This document shows, piece after piece, positions 59,529 through 64,000 of a stretch of 64,000 nucleotides of DNA. This DNA is from Candidatus Aminicenantes bacterium. GTDB taxonomy: Bacteria > Acidobacteriota > Aminicenantia > Aminicenantales > JAFGBC01. The translations under genes and the position numbers were made by a program. The notes below the pieces were generated by a model, which worked only from the letters and a program-made list of their open reading frames with translations, searched no databases and was not told the DNA's origin. How positions within the stretch are numbered: the first letter of the stretch is position 1; each line of letters opens with the position of its first letter. The stretch spans positions 288,001-352,000 of the forward strand of contig OY969696.1 of NCBI GenBank assembly GCA_963702005.1, in the 5' to 3' direction.

Positions 59529-60425
59529 CTACATCTTTTCCAGCGCCGCGATCCGCTCCTCGATCGGGGGATGGGTGCTGAAGAGCCGGTTGACGGCGCC
59601 CCTGACGTTCTTGAGGGGATTGACGATGTAGAGGTGGGCGGTCGCCTTGTTGGCCGCCTCGAGCGGCTCCTGGTCGGCCGCGATTTTGCGCAGGGCGGAG
59701 GCCAATCCCGGCGGGTAGCGCGTCAAGAGGACGCCGTCGGCGTCGGCCAGGAACTCCCGGCGCCGGGAGATGGCGAACTGGATGAGCTGCGCGATGAATG
59801 GGGACAGGACGGCCAGGACGAGGCCGACCAGGGCGAAAACGGCTCCGGCTCCGCCCCCCTTCCGGTCTCCGCCGCGGCGCCGGCCGCCGCCCCAGAAGAG
59901 GCCGCGCAGGCTCCAGTCGCTGAGCAGGGCGACGAGGCCGACCATGACCACGACCAGCGTCCCGAGGCGGACGTCGTAATTCTTGATATGGGACATCTCG
60001 TGGGCCACGACGCCCTCGAGCTCGGCCCGGTCGAGTTTCTCGAGGAGCCCCGTCGTGACGCAGATGACCGAGTTTTGAGGATTCCGCCCGGTCGTGAAGG
60101 CGTTGGGCGCGGTGTCGTCGATGACACAACAGCGGGGCGGTTGTGGAAGGCCGGCCGCGATCGACAGCCCCTCGACGACATTATAGAGATAAGGATATTC
60201 TTCTTTGCTGACAGGCCGGGCCCGCGAAATGGCCAGGACGACCGAGTCGCTGCCGTAGTAGCTCGCCAGGGTCACGAACAGCGAGACGAGGACGCCCAGG
60301 ACGAACCCCGCCCACCCCAGCCCGAACGCCTGGCCAAACAACCCGATCAGGAAGACGACGAAGCCGAAGAACAGAACCACGAGCAGCGCAGACCGCCGCT
60401 TATTGCTCGCGATCTGTTCGTACAT
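59529..60425 (-). CDS. htpX: M48 family zinc metalloprotease HtpX
   Basis: PNAFTTG, AHEMSH, SRRREFLAD, FSTHPPIEERI. Confidence 0.93.
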   Translation of the reverse strand: MYEQIASNKRRSALLVVLFFGFVVFLIGLFGQAFGLGWAGFVLGVLVSLFVTLASYYGSDSVVLAISRARPVSKEEYPYLYNVVEGLSIAAGLPQPPRCCVIDDTAPNAFTTGRNPQNSVICVTTGLLEKLDRAELEGVVAHEMSHIKNYDVRLGTLVVVMVGLVALLSDWSLRGLFWGGGRRRGGDRKGGGAGAVFALVGLVLAVLSPFIAQLIQFAISRRREFLADADGVLLTRYPPGLASALRKIAADQEPLEAANKATAHLYIVNPLKNVRGAVNRLFSTHPPIEERIAALEKM

Positions 60426-60447
60426 GGACGGCGGCGGGACGCCGGGT

Positions 60448-61002
60448 TCAGAAGCTGACCTTGACCGGCCCCTTGGCCTCGGCCTCGCCGATCTCGAAGT
60501 ATTCCCTCTCTTTGAAGTTCCCCATCCGGGCGATGATCGAGGCCGGGAAGACCTGCTGCTTGATGTTGTACTTCATGACCGAGTCGTTGTAGAACTGGCG
60601 GGCGTAGGCGATCTTGCCTTCGGTCCCGGCCAGCTCTTCCTGGAGCATCAGGAAGTTCTGGTTGGCCTTGAGCTCGGGATAGTTCTCGGCCACGGCGAAC
60701 AAGCTCTTTAAAGCGCCGCTCAAGACGTTCTCGGCCTGGCCCTGTTCCTTGACCGTTCCGGCGCTGATGGCGGAGGCCCGCGCCTTGGTTACATTCTCGA
60801 ACACCTCCCGCTCGTGCTTGGCGTAGCCCTTGACCGTCTCGACCAGGTTGGGGATGAGGTCGTAGCGGCGCCGCAGCTGGACGTCGACCTGGGCCCAGGC
60901 GTTGTCGCAGCGGTTGCGGAGGGTGACGAGGCTGTTATAGATCCCGATGGCGATGAGGATCGCCGCTCCGATGATGATCAAAAGAACCAGAAGCGCGCCC
61001 AT
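60448..61002 (-). CDS. lemA: LemA family protein
   Basis: [36 protein letters not shown]; AAGGAGG RBS before MGALL. Confidence 0.95.
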   Translation of the reverse strand: MGALLVLLIIIGAAILIAIGIYNSLVTLRNRCDNAWAQVDVQLRRRYDLIPNLVETVKGYAKHEREVFENVTKARASAISAGTVKEQGQAENVLSGALKSLFAVAENYPELKANQNFLMLQEELAGTEGKIAYARQFYNDSVMKYNIKQQVFPASIIARMGNFKEREYFEIGEAEAKGPVKVSF

Positions 61003-61206
61003 GAGTTCCTCCTTGTCAGCGGCCCGTTCCGGACGGCGTCTCCGTCCGCCGAGCCCTTGTATCATTATACGTAAAAGCCGCTGAAACGGCACGGCTAAAA
61101 GCGCTTTTTGATTGACAGGACCCTTCTTGCAGTGTTATATTTTGAATTCCCCGAGAGGATTGTCCCAAGAAATTCCTCTCAAAAACGAACTTAGGAGGTT
61201 TATCGA

Positions 61207-62526
61207 ATGGCGGATCTTAAACAAAAATTCGCCGAGAAGATCGGCCCGATGAGAGAGAGGGTCCAGAAAGTCGTCAAGGAAACGGGCAACGTCGTCGTCG
61301 ACGATGTGACGATCTCCCAGGTCGTCGGCGGCATGCGCGACATCAGCTGCATGATCTGGATGATCTCGGACCTCGACCCCCAGGAAGGCATCCGCTTCCG
61401 CGGCTACACCATCCCCGAGCTCCAGCAGAAGCTCCCCAAGGCGCCGGGCGGAACGGAACCCATGCCCGAGGGCATTTTCTATTTCCTCCTGACAGGGGAG
61501 ATCCCGACCTACGAGGACTGCAAGGCGGTCACCGAGGAATGGCGCAAGCGCAGCCACCTGCCCGACCACCTCGTCAAGGCCATGGAATCGATCCCTAAGG
61601 ATACGCATCCCATGACCCAGTTCTCGCTGGCCATCCTGGCTCTCCAGCGGGACTCCAAGTTCGCCGCCCGCTACCGCGCCGGCATGCCCAAGACGGAATA
61701 CTGGGATCCGATGTTCGAGGACGTCATGGACATCCTGGCCAAGCTTCCGGAGATCGCGGCCCGGATTTACCGGCGCGCCTATAAAGGCGGCAAGTACATC
61801 ACCCCCGATCCGAAGCTCGACTGGGGCGCCAACCAGGCCCACATGCTCGGGGTCGACAAGCCCGACTTCTACGACCTGATGCGGCTGTACCTCGTCATCC
61901 ACAGCGATCACGAGGGCGGGAACGTCTCCGCCCACACCTGCCACCTCGTCGGCTCCGCCCTTTCGGACGCCTATTATTCCCTGTCGGCGGCCATGAACGG
62001 TCTGGCCGGTCCCCTCCATGGGCTGGCCAACCAGGAAGTCCTGCGCTGGATCATGGACGTTATGAAGGAGCTCGGCGGCGTCCCGACCAAGGAGCAGCTC
62101 CACAAGTTCCTGTGGGATACCCTGAAGTCCGGGAAGGTCATCCCCGGCTACGGCCATGCCGTTCTCCGCAAGACCGACCCCCGCTACATCGCCCAGCGCG
62201 AGTTCGCCCTCAAGCACCTCCCCGACTACGACATGTTCAAGGTCGTGAGCGACATCTATGAAGTCGCCCCCAAGATCCTCATCGAGCAGGGTAAAGCCAA
62301 AAATCCCTGGCCGAATGTCGACGCTCATTCCGGAGTCCTCCTCTACTACTACGGCATCACCGAGTACGACATCTACACGGTCTTCTTCGGCGTGTCCCGC
62401 GCCATGGGCATCCTGTCCCAGCTCATCTGGAGCCGGGTCCTCGGCCTGGCCATCGAGCGGCCAAAGTCCGTCCTTATCGATTGGCTCGAGGAAAAGGCCA
62501 AGGCCGCACCGGCGCCGGCGAAGTAA
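61207..62526 (+). CDS. gltA: Citrate (Si)-synthase, eukaryotic type
   Basis: GGMR, EGIRFRG, IHSDHEGGNVSAH, NGLAGPLHGLANQEVL, PGYGHAVLRKTDPRY, NPWPNVDAHSG. Confidence 0.95.
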   Translation: MADLKQKFAEKIGPMRERVQKVVKETGNVVVDDVTISQVVGGMRDISCMIWMISDLDPQEGIRFRGYTIPELQQKLPKAPGGTEPMPEGIFYFLLTGEIPTYEDCKAVTEEWRKRSHLPDHLVKAMESIPKDTHPMTQFSLAILALQRDSKFAARYRAGMPKTEYWDPMFEDVMDILAKLPEIAARIYRRAYKGGKYITPDPKLDWGANQAHMLGVDKPDFYDLMRLYLVIHSDHEGGNVSAHTCHLVGSALSDAYYSLSAAMNGLAGPLHGLANQEVLRWIMDVMKELGGVPTKEQLHKFLWDTLKSGKVIPGYGHAVLRKTDPRYIAQREFALKHLPDYDMFKVVSDIYEVAPKILIEQGKAKNPWPNVDAHSGVLLYYYGITEYDIYTVFFGVSRAMGILSQLIWSRVLGLAIERPKSVLIDWLEEKAKAAPAPAK

Positions 62527-62571
62527 GGGCGCGACCCGGTCTCGTCCGCTCCGAGTGGAAAGACACTCAAA

Positions 62572-62602
62572 GGGCGGCTCCGCAAGGAGCCGCCCCTTTT
62601 TT
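62572..62602 (+). terminator. Rho-independent terminator after citrate synthase
   Basis: GGGCGGCTCC-GCAA-GGAGCCGCCC followed by a T6 run. Confidence 0.85.
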
Positions 62603-63890
62603 ATTCATTATCAAACATGCTGACGAAGGGCCGAAGCCAATCTCTACCATATACCTCTTCCACCTTCGCCAAATGTTCTTTGCTCGCCCCTCTTTCTATG
62701 GCATCCATATATTCAACGAAATCTGTTTTGTTTGCAGCCGAATATATTTGCGTTCCGTATCTTGCCTCGTTGTCTTTATTCACTTTTGGATGATTTAATA
62801 ATCCATACATTTCTCGATCAACAAATATCGCATCGCAATAGGGCAATATTGAAGCTACCCTGGAGATGTCGTTTATAATGCCGGCGCTGGGAACTTTTTT
62901 TCTTCCTCCATACGCGGTTTGATCAGCAAGGGCAGCCCACAACAAAGAAGATATTCGTATTGAGGGAACATCTAACATTTTTTCTAAAGTGAGGAACTCG
63001 AATAATATTCTCATGGTCTGATCTTCTTTATCCGGCAAATGCCTTTGGAGGTCGACAATAATTTCGTTCGATTCATTCATTATAATTTCCAGACTTTCTT
63101 CCGCAGTTGCCGCAAGCTTTCCAATGGACATATAGTAGTATTTAGATAAGTTTTGAAAATATCTTTCAATTATTGCTTTTCCAAAGGCCATTCCCTCACT
63201 GATAAACCTGTCTTCGAACGTTATTTCTTTGTCTTCTTTCCATATCTTAAAGGTCTTCGTAATCACCTCGCTAATCCGTTCTCTCCTTTTTTGCATCTCT
63301 TTTATTTCTTCATCTGAAATATCAAAATTGACAGATAACCGAATTCGTTCCTGCCAACAGTTATGGTCTCCGCGAATCATATGTTTTCTCTCGATATTTG
63401 AGATGGCTAGTCCTTCTTTTCTAATATACTTACGGAAACAATCGGCTATTTGATATCTTCTTATAGTCCCCGGATCATAAAAACTCGCGCCATTCGATAA
63501 ATGCTCATACATTCTCTTTTGGGCTTGAAATTGATATAAAGCAGATTCATCTTGGTGGAATGAAGAGTCCGGACAAATGATTAGCTGTAATTTGAGTAGC
63601 CTATCTATTTTCTCGAAAAGAATAAACCAAAAATGATCTATACTTTTAGTCTTGTTCAATTTTCTATTTATTGCTTTCATCATTTCGCTAATAACGAATT
63701 GGTCTAAGTATATGATTTTTTTGTTCAATCGAGGCAATTTATAGCTCGTTGTATGCAAGCATTCTCGGCATCTTCGAGTATAAGTGTTTCTTGCTATTAG
63801 AAGAACGCCAAAAGAATCAGCTTTTTTGCATTTTGGGCATTTTGAAAACGGCGGAAAGTTAAACATTTTAGGATCGAACACCATTCTCAT
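62601..63890 (-). CDS. AT-rich hypothetical protein, N-terminal Zn ribbon plus possible PIN-like domain
   Basis: 429 aa; CPKC...CREC, IIYLDQFVIS, HQDES, INDISRVASILPYCDAIFVDREM. Confidence 0.75.
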   Translation of the reverse strand: MRMVFDPKMFNFPPFSKCPKCKKADSFGVLLIARNTYTRRCRECLHTTSYKLPRLNKKIIYLDQFVISEMMKAINRKLNKTKSIDHFWFILFEKIDRLLKLQLIICPDSSFHQDESALYQFQAQKRMYEHLSNGASFYDPGTIRRYQIADCFRKYIRKEGLAISNIERKHMIRGDHNCWQERIRLSVNFDISDEEIKEMQKRRERISEVITKTFKIWKEDKEITFEDRFISEGMAFGKAIIERYFQNLSKYYYMSIGKLAATAEESLEIIMNESNEIIVDLQRHLPDKEDQTMRILFEFLTLEKMLDVPSIRISSLLWAALADQTAYGGRKKVPSAGIINDISRVASILPYCDAIFVDREMYGLLNHPKVNKDNEARYGTQIYSAANKTDFVEYMDAIERGASKEHLAKVEEVYGRDWLRPFVSMFDNE

Positions 63891-64000
63891 TTGTTAATCC
63901 AGAATGAATAAACAACTACTGGGGAGAAGATCAACCTTTGTCTGCCTTGGGCTCTTCGGCAATTGATTTAAATCGTTTTCTAGTCATCCTAGATAGTTCT

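Overview
GC-rich bacterial chromosome window. The gene repertoire (GWxTD lipoprotein, CarboxypepD_reg TonB-dependent receptor, rplM-rpsI-rpsB-tsf-pyrH-frr run) suggests Ca. Aminicenantes/Acidobacteriota, but this is inference only. The backbone is mostly housekeeping: tsaD, mtnA, lepA, tatA, an RND efflux operon, xerD, an ECF sigma/anti-sigma pair, der, an amidase, tmRNA, tRNA-Leu, tRNA-Asp, htpX/lemA and a eukaryote-type citrate synthase. Three AT-richer accessory tracts interrupt it. (i) A decaying defence-like islet at about 7.5-13.9 kb holds an AbiEi/AbiEii TA pair with a perfect operator palindrome, a Cys-rich protein, a nucleotidyl-cyclase-like gene split by an IS481-like element with a 6-bp TSD, and an AIPR gene with one in-frame TGA. 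(ii) A tRNA-Asp-anchored islet at about 55.0-59.4 kb holds an IS91/ISCR remnant, a frameshifted secreted cysteine peptidase, nfi and a broken Cys/Met PLP enzyme, and it abuts a decapitated GH99-like gene. (iii) A Zn-ribbon/PIN-like gene sits at the right edge. The most unusual signals are a short hairpin element found twice, each time bracketed by TTGAC direct repeats whose inner copy is the -35 box of a 17-bp-spacer promoter; the reconstructable AIPR plus cyclase-like gene pair; and a tandem array of secreted propeller-like paralogs whose third copy has collapsed by internal deletion. No CRISPR array or rRNA was seen.
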